Source: Verrucomicrobiales bacterium (GTDB lineage Bacteria > Verrucomicrobiota > Verrucomicrobiia > Methylacidiphilales > JAAUTS01). Taken from it: a stretch of 40,567 bases of DNA. Both the position numbers and the translations under genes were made by a program. The notes under the pieces were generated by a model, which saw nothing but the letters and a program-made list of their open reading frames with translations, was not told the DNA's origin and did no database searches. Where the stretch lies: positions 1 through 40,567 of the forward strand of contig JAISDC010000230.1 in NCBI GenBank assembly GCA_031265105.1, read 5' to 3'. Positions 1-9,985 of this stretch are shown here, one piece after another. The first letter of the stretch is position 1. Every line of letters begins with the position of its first letter.

Positions 1-770
1 GGCAGACTATCATCGACATGACATCAGTGACCGGGTATGGGCGATCTTAAAACCGCACCTGCCCGGCGAGCGCGGTCAATGGGGCGGGATTGCCCAAGAC
101 AACCGGCGGTTTATCAACGCGGTGCTGTGGATCTTGCGCACCGGGGCACCATGGCGTGATTTGCCGCCGGATTACGGCGGCTGGAGCAACACTCACCGGC
201 GTTTCATCCGGTGGCGGGACGCCGGGCGTTGGGAACGTCTGTTAAATGCCCTGATCCAAGAGCCGGATTTCGAGTGATTGATGATCGACGCTTTGCACGT
301 CAAGGTGCATCAGCACGGCACCGGGGCCAGGGGCGGTAACCAGGATATGGGCATCACTAAAGGGGGCTCAATTCAAAAATACATCTGGCCGTGGATGCGC
401 ATGGTCTGCCGCTGCGAGTCCTTGTTACAGCAGGTCCCGTGGCGGATTGCACACAAGCTGCAGCCCTGACCGCCGGCGTTGCCGCCGCACATCTGATTGC
501 CGACCGCGGCTACGATACCAATGCCATTGTCGAACAGGCCCAACAACACAACACCGATCCCGTGATTCCACCCAGGAAGCACCGCAAAGAACAGCGAGAT
601 TATGACCAATACCTGTATAAGTTACGTCACTTGGTCGAAAACGCCTTCATGCAGCTCAAGGGTTGGCGCGGCATTGCTACACGCTATGCCAAGCGTACTT
701 CTTCCTATTTGGCCGCGGTCCAAATCCGCTGTATTTTCCTCTGGACTCAAATCTTGTGACTACACTATCT
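1..770 (+). mobile_element. IS5-family insertion sequence (IS427-like group), left end outside the window
   Basis: Frame from position 2 reads ADYHRHDISDRVW...RRFINAVLWILRTGAPWRDLP. The downstream frame has ADRGYD and RHLVENAFMQLKGWRGIATRY. The probable right end TGACTACACTATCT follows the stop at about 757-770. Confidence 0.88.
2..759 (+). CDS. IS5-family transposase split over two frames (probable -1 programmed frameshift); 5' end at the window edge
   Basis: ORF-A (2-469) and ORF-B (to 759) join at AAAGGGGG (359-366), giving TKGG/LNSKIHLAVDAHGLP. Confidence 0.85.
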
Positions 771-990
771 AATACGAAGCCAAAAAATCTGCCTTTGTTA
801 TCGCTGTTGTTGACGTGGCTGTCTTTATCGAAATTCCATGTGCTGTCGTTGCTGACAATGCGGTCACCGCTGGTGAAGTCGCCGCTGCCGGTGGGGTTGG
901 GAGAACAGTAGTCACTGTCAGCGATTACTTGGCGCTGTTAAACAAATTTTTCTGAAAAGGGAAAGACGTACGTCTTCTAAATCCCGGAGT

Positions 991-2460
991 TCACGGGTAT
1001 TGTTCCAGCCATTTCACGGCGTCCCAAATCTCTTCACCGGTATTCTTCTGTTTTGGTCCGGGTGTGCTGCGACCGTTACGCACATAAGCGGCCAGGATTT
1101 TTTTGAGCCTTTCGGCAATAGCAGGATGTTGTTCGATAATATTGATTTTTTCACCAATATCATCTTCTAAATTATAAAGCTGAAATTTAGGCATGTCGGG
1201 GGTTTCTTTTCCCGGCGCGGGATAAGACCAGCCGCCGGATCCCGGGCACAATTCCAATTTGAATTTTCCTTTCCGGATTGAAAGCGAACCGTTAATACTC
1301 TGATGAACCACATCTTCTCGTACCGCAGTACCGGCGGGATCCAACCAGAGTGGCAAATTACTAACACTATCAACTCCCGCCGATTCCGGCAGCTTGGTTC
1401 CGAAATAATCCGCCATGGTTGCCATAAAATCCGACAGGCAAACCAACTCTTCACAATTACCCCCCGCCTTGATCCGCGCGGGCCAACGGACAATCAGCGG
1501 AATTCGATGTCCGCCTTCATAGATATCCGCTTTATGTCCCCTAAATATATAACTGGGATTATGTCCGGCCGCTAGCAGTTCCTTAAAATCAGCCATGGGG
1601 GAACAGCCGTTGTCTGAAGTATAAATAAGAATGGTATTATTATAAAGATTGAGTTCTTTTAACTTGTTTGTGATCTGCCCGATAACATCATCACATTGAA
1701 GAACAAAATCACCGTATTCATTGACATGGGATTTGCCTCGGAATTGCGGCAATGGCAATATGGGGGTATGCGGCGCGGGAAGCGGGAAGTACAGAAAAAA
1801 CGGTTGACCCTTGTTTTCTTCAATCAGCTTCAATGCTTTTTTTGTAAGATGAGGCAGCACATCCTGATGAACGAAATCGGGAGCCGTTGGTCCCTTCCGC
1901 CAGAATTGTTTCCCCGTATTCGCGGTTTCATGATCCGGCAGCTGGGTAAAACGATCGTTTTCAATATAAATATACGGCGCCATGTCCAGGGATGCGCTGA
2001 TGCCGTAAAAATAATCAAAACCTCTGGTAACGGGGCTGTTTGCTATTTTTCCGGCATAGTTAATGCCCGGGCATGTCTCATAGCCGCTCATGAACTGAAA
2101 GGTTTCTTCTTTTGCAAAATCCATTCCAAGATGCCATTTACCGACCGTCATGGTTTTATAACCATTTTGCCTGAATAAATCGCCTATGGTCATGAGATCT
2201 TTTTCGATGAGAGCGGGCGAATAACCGCTCTGCACATCACGCTTGAGTCTGGACCGCCAGTTATACCGTCCGGTAAGAATACTGTAACGGGAAGGAGTAC
2301 AAACGGCAGAACTTGCATGGGCATCATGAAAGGCAAGTCCATCAGCGCACATTTGATCGAAATTGGGGGTTTTAAATCCCGCGTTTTCGTTAAACGCGGA
2401 AACATCCCCATAGCCCATATCATCGGCCAGCACGTAAATCAAATTGGGAAGATCATTCAT
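991..2460 (-). CDS. Arylsulfatase (Cys-type sulfatase, no signal peptide)
   Basis: LADDMGYGD, formylglycine motif CTPSRYSILTG, GKWHLG, SDNG and GHKADIYEGGHRIP. Markedly more AT-rich than its neighbours. Confidence 0.93.
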   Translation of the reverse strand: MNDLPNLIYVLADDMGYGDVSAFNENAGFKTPNFDQMCADGLAFHDAHASSAVCTPSRYSILTGRYNWRSRLKRDVQSGYSPALIEKDLMTIGDLFRQNGYKTMTVGKWHLGMDFAKEETFQFMSGYETCPGINYAGKIANSPVTRGFDYFYGISASLDMAPYIYIENDRFTQLPDHETANTGKQFWRKGPTAPDFVHQDVLPHLTKKALKLIEENKGQPFFLYFPLPAPHTPILPLPQFRGKSHVNEYGDFVLQCDDVIGQITNKLKELNLYNNTILIYTSDNGCSPMADFKELLAAGHNPSYIFRGHKADIYEGGHRIPLIVRWPARIKAGGNCEELVCLSDFMATMADYFGTKLPESAGVDSVSNLPLWLDPAGTAVREDVVHQSINGSLSIRKGKFKLELCPGSGGWSYPAPGKETPDMPKFQLYNLEDDIGEKINIIEQHPAIAERLKKILAAYVRNGRSTPGPKQKNTGEEIWDAVKWLEQYP

Positions 2461-2533
2461 TTGAGCGCCTTTTAATGGTTATGGTCAGCGTGAATCGCGC
2501 GGTGGCACCTGGTCTTCCTTCATGATAAAACAC

Positions 2534-4003
2534 TCAGTCTTCATTTTTTGACAAATTCTTTATATCCCCGGCGCGGACGAGCTTGTAGCTGTCCTTGGCA
2601 TCCTGCATGGTCCAGCCGAGGGCGGCGAGTCGGGCGCGGCATTGGTCGGCGAGTTGCCAGTGTTGTTCTTTTTTCGCCGCCCAGCGTTGGGCCGCCAAAT
2701 CGCGCACCTCGGCGGGCACAGCGTCAGCGACGGGGTCATCGTCAGCGGGCGGCAGGGTGAGGCCGAGGGCGCCGATGACGCGCTGGAAGCCGAGCCAGGC
2801 TGCCGGTGGGTCGGCGAATCGGCCGGCGTCCTTGAGCGCGACGAAGGTGCGGCCGAGCGCCGCGCTGACGTTGAGGTCGTTTTGCAACGCCGCCCACGCG
2901 GGGTGAAACGGGTTGTCCGCTGACAGTGCCGCGGCCCGGTTGACGAGTTGTTCATAGTCAAGCGCCGGCGCGCCCGCTGACAGTGCCGCGGCGGCCCGGG
3001 CGAGTTTTTTCAACGCGACCCGCGCCGCGGCCAGCGACTCCAGCGTGAAGTTCAGCGGCTGGCTGTATTTGCCGGCCAGCAGCACGTAGCGCGTCTCCAT
3101 CGGGGTAAAGCCCCGGCGTTGCAAATCCGCCAGCGTGTAGAGGTTGCCCTCGCTCTTGCTCATCTTGCGGTTTTCAACCAGCAGATGATTGGTGTGAAAC
3201 CAGTGCGCGGCGAACGGCCGGCCGGTCGCCGCCTCGCTCTGGGCGTTTTCGTTCTCGTGATGCGGAAAAATCAAATCCACCCCGCCGCCGTGCAAGTCGA
3301 ACGACTCGCCCAGATAGCGCATACTCATGCAACTGCACTCCAAGTGCCAGCCCGGCCGCCCCTCACCCCACGGCGCGCGCCAGAAATTGTCACCGTCAGC
3401 GGGCTTGCGCGCCTTCCACAGCGCGAAATCGGCCAGCGACTCGCGCTCGTATTCGTCCGCCAGATTCCGGCCGCTGACGGTGGCCGCGCCGCTCGCCCCG
3501 GCGGCCAGCTCGCGTTCTTGCACGCGCGAGAGCTTGCCGTAGTCCGGGAAGGAGGCGAGGCGGAACCACACCGAGCCGTCGTCGGTGCGGTAGGCGTGGT
3601 TTTTCGCCAGCAACGTTTCGACCAGCGCGATTTGCTGCGGAATGTGCGCGACCGCGCCCGGCTCGACATGCGGCGGCAACAGGTTCAGCGCCGCGCAATC
3701 GGCGCGGAACAACTCGCGCCAGCGGTCGGTGAAGACCGTCAGCAGCTCGCCGACCGCCTGCGACTGGCGAATGGTCTTGTCGTCCACGTCGGTGAGGTTG
3801 CGGACGTGTTTGGTGCGCCAGCCCGCCAGCTCCAGCACGCGGCGCAACACATCCTGCGACACGAACGTGCGGAAGTTGCCGATGTGCGCCGGGCCGTAAA
3901 CCGTCGGCCCGCAACAATAGAACCGCACCGTCGCACCGTCAGCGGCGCTGACATTCCTCACGCCGCGGGTCATGGTGTCGTAGAGCTGGACGTGCTGTGG
4001 CAT
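2534..4003 (-). CDS. cysS: Cysteine--tRNA ligase
   Basis: YCCGPTVY, HIGN (HIGH motif), GRPGWHLECS, HGGGVDLIFPHHENE and KMSKS. Confidence 0.97.
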   Translation of the reverse strand: MPQHVQLYDTMTRGVRNVSAADGATVRFYCCGPTVYGPAHIGNFRTFVSQDVLRRVLELAGWRTKHVRNLTDVDDKTIRQSQAVGELLTVFTDRWRELFRADCAALNLLPPHVEPGAVAHIPQQIALVETLLAKNHAYRTDDGSVWFRLASFPDYGKLSRVQERELAAGASGAATVSGRNLADEYERESLADFALWKARKPADGDNFWRAPWGEGRPGWHLECSCMSMRYLGESFDLHGGGVDLIFPHHENENAQSEAATGRPFAAHWFHTNHLLVENRKMSKSEGNLYTLADLQRRGFTPMETRYVLLAGKYSQPLNFTLESLAAARVALKKLARAAAALSAGAPALDYEQLVNRAAALSADNPFHPAWAALQNDLNVSAALGRTFVALKDAGRFADPPAAWLGFQRVIGALGLTLPPADDDPVADAVPAEVRDLAAQRWAAKKEQHWQLADQCRARLAALGWTMQDAKDSYKLVRAGDIKNLSKNED

Positions 4004-4164
4004 AAGCTCCCCAAGCTAGGGCTGGCGCGGGGGAAGCTCAATGTTAAAACACGCGCCGCCAGCCGCCTCCGGCATTCCCATGACCACGATTCCATGCTAG
4101 GTTGTGGCGCCATGCACAACTCCGCACAACCGCGCCGGCTCCGCCGCAGTCTGGAGACGGCCAA

Positions 4165-4887
4165 ATGAAACCGCCCGTCGCCCTCGTCACCGGCAGCGCC
4201 GGGGGACTCGGCGCCGCGCTGGCCAGGCGCCTCGCGCAACACGGCTGGGCCGTCGCCGCGCACTACCGCCATAGCGGGCGGGCCGCCGCCGCGCTGGTGC
4301 AAAGCCTCACCGCCGGCGGCGCCACCGCCGCCGCGTTCCAGGCCGACCTGGCCGTCGAAGCGGAAGCGCAACGCATGGTCGGCGAAGTCATCGCCAGGTT
4401 CCGCCAGCTCGACCTGCTGATCAACAACAGCGGCGTTTATCACGCCAAACCCCTCGCCACACTGTCAGCGGACGAGTGGTTCGAGGGCCTCAACAGCACC
4501 GCCACCGCCGTGTTCTTCACCACCCGCGCCGCGCTGCCGCACCTGGGGAAGGCGGCCAACGGCCGCGTCATCAACCTCGGCGACGCCGGCTGCGAACGGG
4601 TCGGCGCGCGCGACTTGGCCATCAGCTACCACCTTGGCAAGACCGGCGCGTTGATGCTGACCAAATCCTTCGCCCGCGAGGCCGCCGGGCGCGGCGTCAC
4701 CGTCAACATGATTTCGCCCGGCTACCTGGACAACAGCCGGGAGTTGCCCGACCCCGGCGCGATACCCGCCGGCCGCTTCGGCACCGCGGACGATGTCTGG
4801 AACGCGGTCGAGTTTCTCATTAAACCGGCCAGCGGCTACCTTACCGGCGCCAACCTCATCGTCAGCGGCGGGTGGAATTTGCGTTGA
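4165..4887 (+). CDS. Short-chain dehydrogenase/reductase (SDR family)
   Basis: ALVTGSAGGLG Rossmann motif, LINNSG, YxxxK (YHLGK) and VNMISPG. ATG at 4165. Confidence 0.9.
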   Translation: MKPPVALVTGSAGGLGAALARRLAQHGWAVAAHYRHSGRAAAALVQSLTAGGATAAAFQADLAVEAEAQRMVGEVIARFRQLDLLINNSGVYHAKPLATLSADEWFEGLNSTATAVFFTTRAALPHLGKAANGRVINLGDAGCERVGARDLAISYHLGKTGALMLTKSFAREAAGRGVTVNMISPGYLDNSRELPDPGAIPAGRFGTADDVWNAVEFLIKPASGYLTGANLIVSGGWNLR

Positions 4888-4953
4888 CGGTTGGGGGTTG
4901 ATAATCCGCGTCTCCCGCGCCGCGCCGGGGTCAAGAGGCGGCCGATACGTTTG

Positions 4954-5020
4954 CACCACGAAGACACGAAGGCACGAAGGTTAAGCAAAAAATCCTTCGT
5001 GCCTTCGGGTCTTGGTGGTG
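4954..5020. repeat. Hairpin element with 8-nt-periodic arms (CACGAAGR family), followed by an orphan arm of a related family at about 5033-5048
   Basis: 27-nt arms CACCACGAAGACACGAAGGCACGAAGG (4954-4980) and its inverse (4994-5020), 2 mismatches, 13-nt A/T spacer. Lies between convergent genes. Confidence 0.9.
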
Positions 5021-5047
5021 AATAAAAATATTTAGCGTCTCCGCGGT

Positions 5048-6232
5048 TCAAAAACCACCGGTCATCTCCGGCGGCAAATCCTTCGGTGTGATGGTGTTGC
5101 CGCCGGCGAGGATGGCGGCGCGCTGGATGCTGTTTTCCAATTCGCGCACGTTGCCGGGCCAGTGGTAGGCGGTGAGGACGGCCAGCGCGTCGGCGGAGAT
5201 TTTCACCGGGCCGCCGTGATTGCGCTGGCGCCATTTGCGCATGAAGAAGGTGACCAATCCGCTGACGTCGCCGCTCCGCATCCGCAGCGGCGGCAGGTTG
5301 ATGCTGAACACGTTCAGCCGGTAGAACAAATCCTCGCGGAATTCCTTGTTGCGCGCGGACGCCCCCAGGTCGCGGTTGGTGGCGGCGATGATGCGGACGC
5401 TGACCCTGACCGGTTGGCGGCCGCCGACGCGCAACACCTCGCCGTCCTGCAAGACGCGCAACAGCTTGGCTTGCACGCCCAGCGGCATCTCGCCGATTTC
5501 GTCGAGGAACAGCGTGCCGCCGTCGCATTGCTCGAAGCGGCCGAGGCGTTGCGCCAGCGCGCCGGTGAAGGCGCCTTTCTCGTGGCCGAACAACTCGCTC
5601 TCCAGCAGGGCTTCGGGGATGGCGGCGCAGTTGATGGCCATGAACAGCGCGCGGTCGCGTTTGCTGTTGGCGTGGATGGCGTGGGCGACGAGTTCCTTGC
5701 CGGTGCCGCTCTCGCCGGTGACCAGCACGGTGGCGTCGGTGGGGGCGACCTGGCCGATGAGTTTGTAAATTTGTTGCATCGCTGACGATGAGCCGATGAT
5801 GCCGCCGCTGTCCGTGCCGGCGCTGACGGTGAGGACATTGTCGGCGCTGAGTTCCCGCGCGGCGCGGAGGGCGCGGCGGAGCAGGTCCTTGAGTTGCGGG
5901 ATTTCAAACGGCTTGAGCGTGTAGTCGAACGCGCCGAGTTTCATGGCCTCGATGGCGGTTTGCGAGGTGCCGTAGGCGGTCATCATGATGACGATTTGGC
6001 GCGGCCTGGCCTGGCGGATTTGGCGCAGCACGTCGAGGCCGTTCTCGCGGCCCAGGCGGATGTCCATGACCACGATGTCGGGTTGTTCTTTCTGCACCAT
6101 GTGCAGACCGTCAGCGCCGTTGGCGGCGGCGAGGACGTTGACGTGGTCCTTGGCGAGCAGGCGCTCGAAGGAGTAATGCACGTCGGTCTCGTCGTCGATG
6201 ATGAGGATTTTTTGTCGCGGCAAGTCGGTCAT
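5048..6232 (-). CDS. Sigma-54-dependent response regulator (NtrC family; receiver + AAA+, no evident C-terminal HTH)
   Basis: Receiver domain (IIDDE, MDIRL, KPF), GESGTGKE, GAFTGA, LFLDEIG, FREDLFYRL and WPGNVRELEN. Confidence 0.93.
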   Translation of the reverse strand: MTDLPRQKILIIDDETDVHYSFERLLAKDHVNVLAAANGADGLHMVQKEQPDIVVMDIRLGRENGLDVLRQIRQARPRQIVIMMTAYGTSQTAIEAMKLGAFDYTLKPFEIPQLKDLLRRALRAARELSADNVLTVSAGTDSGGIIGSSSAMQQIYKLIGQVAPTDATVLVTGESGTGKELVAHAIHANSKRDRALFMAINCAAIPEALLESELFGHEKGAFTGALAQRLGRFEQCDGGTLFLDEIGEMPLGVQAKLLRVLQDGEVLRVGGRQPVRVSVRIIAATNRDLGASARNKEFREDLFYRLNVFSINLPPLRMRSGDVSGLVTFFMRKWRQRNHGGPVKISADALAVLTAYHWPGNVRELENSIQRAAILAGGNTITPKDLPPEMTGGF

Positions 6233-6277
6233 AGGGAAAGGACTTTAGCGTGAACGGCAGCGAAGGACATCAGGAAT

Positions 6278-6355
6278 TTTTCACCACGAAGGCACGAAGG
6301 GAGACAGTTTATAAAAATAAACAAACTGTAGCCCTTCGTGTCTTCGTGGTGAAAA
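6278..6355. repeat. Hairpin element, CACGAAGR family
   Basis: 24-nt arms TTTTCACCACGAAGGCACGAAGGG (6278-6301) and inverse (6332-6355), 1 mismatch, with an inner ACAGTTT/AAACTGT stem. Confidence 0.9.
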
Positions 6356-6414
6356 CAATCCCCGCCGCAGATTTGAGATTTGAGTTTTGCGTTTCGCCTC
6401 ACTACACTCCCCCC

Positions 6415-7443
6415 ATGTTTGTTGACCGAGTCAGAGTATGGGCCAAGGCCGGCAAGGGCGGCGACGGTTGCAGCAGTTTCCGCCGCGAGAAGTACGTGCC
6501 CAGAGGTGGCCCGGACGGCGGCGACGGCGGCCAGGGCGGCGATGTGGTGCTGGAGGTGGACGCGCAACTGAACAATTTGCAGCACTTGAAGTACCAGCCG
6601 CACCAGTACGCGGGCAAGGGCGCCAACGGTCAGGGCGCGATGAAGACCGGCAAGAGCGCCCGCGCGTTGTTAATCAAGGTGCCGCCGGGCACGCTGGTGT
6701 ATTACCTGCCGACCGCCGCGGAGGATTTCGAGCGCGCGGCGGACTTGGCGCTGGGCGAGGTGGCCGCCGATATGGTGGAGCCGGGGCAGCGTTTGGTGCT
6801 GGCCGCGGGCGGGCGCGGCGGGCGCGGCAATATTCATTTCAAAAGCTCGGTCAACCAGGCGCCGCGCCGCCGGGAGCTGGGGTTGCCCGGAGAGATGAAG
6901 CAGTATTACTTCGAGCTGAAATCCATCGCGGAGGTCGGGCTGGTGGGGTTCCCGAACGCGGGCAAGTCGAGCCTGCTGGCGGCGCTGTCCCGCGCCCATC
7001 CGAAAATCGCGCCGTATCCGTTCACCACCCTGACCCCGGTCATCGGCCAGGTCGAGGCCGGCGATTACCGGCGCTTCAACGTGGCGGACATCCCCGGCTT
7101 GATTGAGGGCGCGCACGCGGGCGTCGGGCTGGGGCACGATTTCCTGCGGCACATCGAGCGTTGCCGGCTGCTGGTGTTCGTGCTGGACATGGCGGGCACG
7201 GAGGGGCGCGAGCCGGCGGCGGATTACCGTCAATTGCGGACGGAGTTGAAGTTGTATGACGAGAATCTGGCGCAGCGGCCATTCCTCATCGCGGCGAACA
7301 AGATGGATTTGCCGGAGGCGGCGGCGCGGTTGAAGGAGTTCAAGCGGCAATTCCGCCGGCCCATCGTGCCGGTCTCCGCCCGGCAACCGGCCACCGTCGC
7401 GGCGCTGAAACAGGCGCTGGCCGACCGGTTGGCGGAGGCTTGA
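6415..7443 (+). CDS. obgE: GTPase ObgE/CgtA
   Basis: MFVDRV...AGKGGDG...FRREKYVPRGGPDGGDGG, GFPNAGKSS, PYPFTTL, DIPGLIEGA and NKMD. Confidence 0.97.
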   Translation: MFVDRVRVWAKAGKGGDGCSSFRREKYVPRGGPDGGDGGQGGDVVLEVDAQLNNLQHLKYQPHQYAGKGANGQGAMKTGKSARALLIKVPPGTLVYYLPTAAEDFERAADLALGEVAADMVEPGQRLVLAAGGRGGRGNIHFKSSVNQAPRRRELGLPGEMKQYYFELKSIAEVGLVGFPNAGKSSLLAALSRAHPKIAPYPFTTLTPVIGQVEAGDYRRFNVADIPGLIEGAHAGVGLGHDFLRHIERCRLLVFVLDMAGTEGREPAADYRQLRTELKLYDENLAQRPFLIAANKMDLPEAAARLKEFKRQFRRPIVPVSARQPATVAALKQALADRLAEA

Positions 7444-7476
7444 AAATGATTGCCGGGCGGACGGCTGCCGCCGGGG

Positions 7477-8445
7477 ATGGATGAAGCTGTAGTTGTGAAC
7501 TTTAAACATTTTTTGCTGTTCATCGGCCTTTCGCTGCTGCTGCACATGTTTTTGCTGCTGCTGGCGTTCTCCTCCTTTTTTGCGCCGCTGTTCATCGATT
7601 TTGGCGCGCCCGATTTGTCGAGCGACCAGGAAATGACGCTGACCGTGCGGTCGGCACCGACGGATCGCGAGACCAAAATCATCGACACCGAGCAATCCAT
7701 CCCGACCGACCAGCCAGTGCAGAACACCCCGTTCGAGGGCGACCGCAACACGCGCGCGGCCAGTCTCACGCCCGGCCAGGGCAACCCGCAGGTGCCGAAT
7801 AATCCGGGCCGGGACATTCCCGGTCAGGATTTGCAGAATCAGCGTTACGCGCCGAACGCCACGCCGTCGCCGCCCGTGCCGCCGCCCCCCCCGCCGCCGG
7901 CGCGGCAACCCAAGCCTGACAATCAGCGGGCGGAGCAACAACGGAAATCCGGCGTGACCGTGCGCCCCGCCGACCAGTCCAGCACGGGCGACCAAGCGAC
8001 GCCACGCACGGTCAGTCCAACCGCCATCGCCGCCCGCCCGCCCGCGGACGCGCGACCGGCGGCGAGTTTTGCCACCTCACGCCTCGCCAGCCGGATGTCT
8101 GGCGGCGCCGCTGACACTGACGGGACTTCCATCGCGGTGCGCGAGACCGAGGAGGGGCGTTACAAGGTCAAGTTGTACCGGGCCATCGGCTCGCGCTGGT
8201 ATCAGTATGTGCACATGGACACGGGGCTGCTGAACATCGGCACGGTGAACATCAAATTTTACGTGCGGGCGGACGGCACCATCGTGAATCTGCAAATTAC
8301 CGACGGGCGGGACAATAGCGTGTTGGTGGCGATTTCCCGCCGCTCTATCCTTGAGGTCAGCGGCCAGTTGGAGCCGTTTTCGGCGAGTATGCGGGAAAAG
8401 ATGGGCGACGGGTTTTGGGACGATGTGAATTTTAGTATTTATTAA
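7477..8445 (+). CDS. TonB/TolA-like energy transducer (N-terminal TM, Pro-rich linker, C-terminal domain); start uncertain
   Basis: SLLLH transmembrane motif, poly-Pro linker, C-terminal GTVNIKFYVRADG, and position directly upstream of exbB/exbD-like genes. Confidence 0.72.
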   Translation: MDEAVVVNFKHFLLFIGLSLLLHMFLLLLAFSSFFAPLFIDFGAPDLSSDQEMTLTVRSAPTDRETKIIDTEQSIPTDQPVQNTPFEGDRNTRAASLTPGQGNPQVPNNPGRDIPGQDLQNQRYAPNATPSPPVPPPPPPPARQPKPDNQRAEQQRKSGVTVRPADQSSTGDQATPRTVSPTAIAARPPADARPAASFATSRLASRMSGGAADTDGTSIAVRETEEGRYKVKLYRAIGSRWYQYVHMDTGLLNIGTVNIKFYVRADGTIVNLQITDGRDNSVLVAISRRSILEVSGQLEPFSASMREKMGDGFWDDVNFSIY

Positions 8446-8490
8446 AACTCAAAACGGGCTGACGGTCTGGTTTTGAGATTTGAGTTTTAA
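8442..8490. repeat. Intergenic hairpin built from (A/T)TTTGAG heptamers
   Basis: TTAAAACTCAAA (8442-8453) and TTTGAGTTTTAA (8479-8490). A similar ATTTGAG tandem lies at about 6371-6390. Confidence 0.6.
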
Positions 8491-8520
8491 AATGCCCTCG
8501 TTGCCCTATTTTAAATCGGC

Positions 8521-9183
8521 ATGGACATTCTTCGCAACATCGCCAAATTTTTTCATGACGGCGGCTGGGCTATGGTGCCGCTGTCGCTCACCTCGCTGGT
8601 CGCGCTGGCCTTCATCCTGGAGCGCGGTGTCGCCTTGCGCCGCGCCAGGGTTATCCCCGATTACCTGTACCGCATGTTGCTCTCCTACCACAGCGGCCAG
8701 CCGCTGGAACCCATCGCCGCCATGATTGGCGTCGGCGACAGCACCATGGCGCGGCTGGTGCGCGTCTGCCTGGAGCACCTGCCGTGGTCGAAGGCGGAAA
8801 ACGCGGAGGCGGTGCAGGTGCGCGCGCGGGCCGAGGTGGTGCAATTGGAGCGCGGCCTGGTGCTGCTGGAAATCATCGTCGGCATCGCGCCGTTGCTGGG
8901 GCTGATGGGCACGGTCAGCGGCATGATAGTGATTTTCACCGATGTCGGCCACCTTGGCGCGGCGAAGCAGACCATGCAAATGGCGCTCGGTATCTCCCAG
9001 GCGTTGAACGCCACCGTCAGCGGCCTGGCCATCGCCATCCCGGCGCTGATCATGCACGGCTACTACAGCCGCAAGGTCGAGGCGCTGGCGGTGGAAATGG
9101 AAAGCCTGTGCATGGATTTTCTGACCAAACTTTACCTGCAACCGGCGTCCGCTGCCGGTGACAAACCCAAAACCGCCCGGTGA
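8521..9183 (+). CDS. exbB: MotA/TolQ/ExbB proton channel protein
   Basis: GGWAMVPL, APLLGLMGTVSGMI and GISQALNATVSGLAIAIP. Confidence 0.9.
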   Translation: MDILRNIAKFFHDGGWAMVPLSLTSLVALAFILERGVALRRARVIPDYLYRMLLSYHSGQPLEPIAAMIGVGDSTMARLVRVCLEHLPWSKAENAEAVQVRARAEVVQLERGLVLLEIIVGIAPLLGLMGTVSGMIVIFTDVGHLGAAKQTMQMALGISQALNATVSGLAIAIPALIMHGYYSRKVEALAVEMESLCMDFLTKLYLQPASAAGDKPKTAR

Positions 9184-9190
9184 CACTGCC

Positions 9191-9622
9191 ATGCAATTCT
9201 ACACCAAACGTCGCCGGATGCCGGTCATCAACGTGGTTTCGTTGATCGACGTGTTTTGCCTGCTGCTGATTTTTTACATCGTCACCACCACCTTCAAGAA
9301 AGCGGAGCCGGCGGTGCAAATCCGGGTGCCGGAATCCGCCGCCGCGCAGGCGGAAACGCCGGCGCGGGAACCGGTCGTGATTTACGCCACCAAGGCGCAG
9401 GAACTTTATCTCGGCGAGGAAAAAATCCCGCTGGCGCGGCTGGGCGAGGCGCTCAAGGCCAGGAAAGCCCAGGCAGCGGCCGGTTTCTCGTTGAAAGCCG
9501 ACACCGATGTGCCGCTCGGTTTTTTTGTCAAGGTGATGGACGCCGCCAAGCAGGCCGGCATCACCGATTTGTCAATGTACACCGAGGAGCCGCAACCCGA
9601 CCCCGCCGCGCCGGCGCCATGA
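9191..9622 (+). CDS. exbD: ExbD/TolR biopolymer transport protein
   Basis: INVVSLIDVFCLLLIFYIV and LKADTDVP...VKVMDAAKQAG. Confidence 0.9.
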   Translation: MQFYTKRRRMPVINVVSLIDVFCLLLIFYIVTTTFKKAEPAVQIRVPESAAAQAETPAREPVVIYATKAQELYLGEEKIPLARLGEALKARKAQAAAGFSLKADTDVPLGFFVKVMDAAKQAGITDLSMYTEEPQPDPAAPAP

Positions 9623-9979
9623 TCAGCGGTGCCGCGTCATGGTCACGCTGACAAAGCGGGTGGTCGGGATGATAAATTTGCGGACTTCTACCGTGACCGC
9701 GCTGACCTTGAACTCCGTCAGAATCACCGCGCACAAGTCCGCGGCCAGCGTTTCAAGCAACCGGCGGGGCCGCGCGCCGGCGCTGTGTTTGACGGTTTCG
9801 CACACTTGGAAATAATCCACGGTCAGCGCCAGGTCATCGGTGGCGGCGGCGGCAGCGAGCGACGGCGGGGTCAGGGTCAGCGACACTTCCAGCCGCTGCG
9901 GTTGGGCGCGTTCCTCGTCGGTCACGCCGAGGCGGGCGCTGACGGTGAGGCGGTCGATGTGAATTTGGTCGGACGTCAT
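9623..9979 (-). CDS. folB: Dihydroneopterin aldolase
   Basis: LGVTDEERAQPQRL, DDLALTVDY, LLETLA and VEVRK. Confidence 0.92.
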   Translation of the reverse strand: MTSDQIHIDRLTVSARLGVTDEERAQPQRLEVSLTLTPPSLAAAAATDDLALTVDYFQVCETVKHSAGARPRRLLETLAADLCAVILTEFKVSAVTVEVRKFIIPTTRFVSVTMTRHR

Positions 9980-9985
9980 GGTTTT

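Noticed and set aside
6250-6414. N-terminal extensions of ObgE (and of MetF, IlvB, GxxExxY, DnaK, AbrB) in the ORF track
   Set aside because: They translate repeat arms or promoter DNA (e.g. TTKARR, LRVFVV); family-typical starts lie downstream.
7870-7900. C-rich tract as a phase-variable homopolymer
   Set aside because: It is explained by poly-proline codons in the TonB-like linker and the frame is intact.
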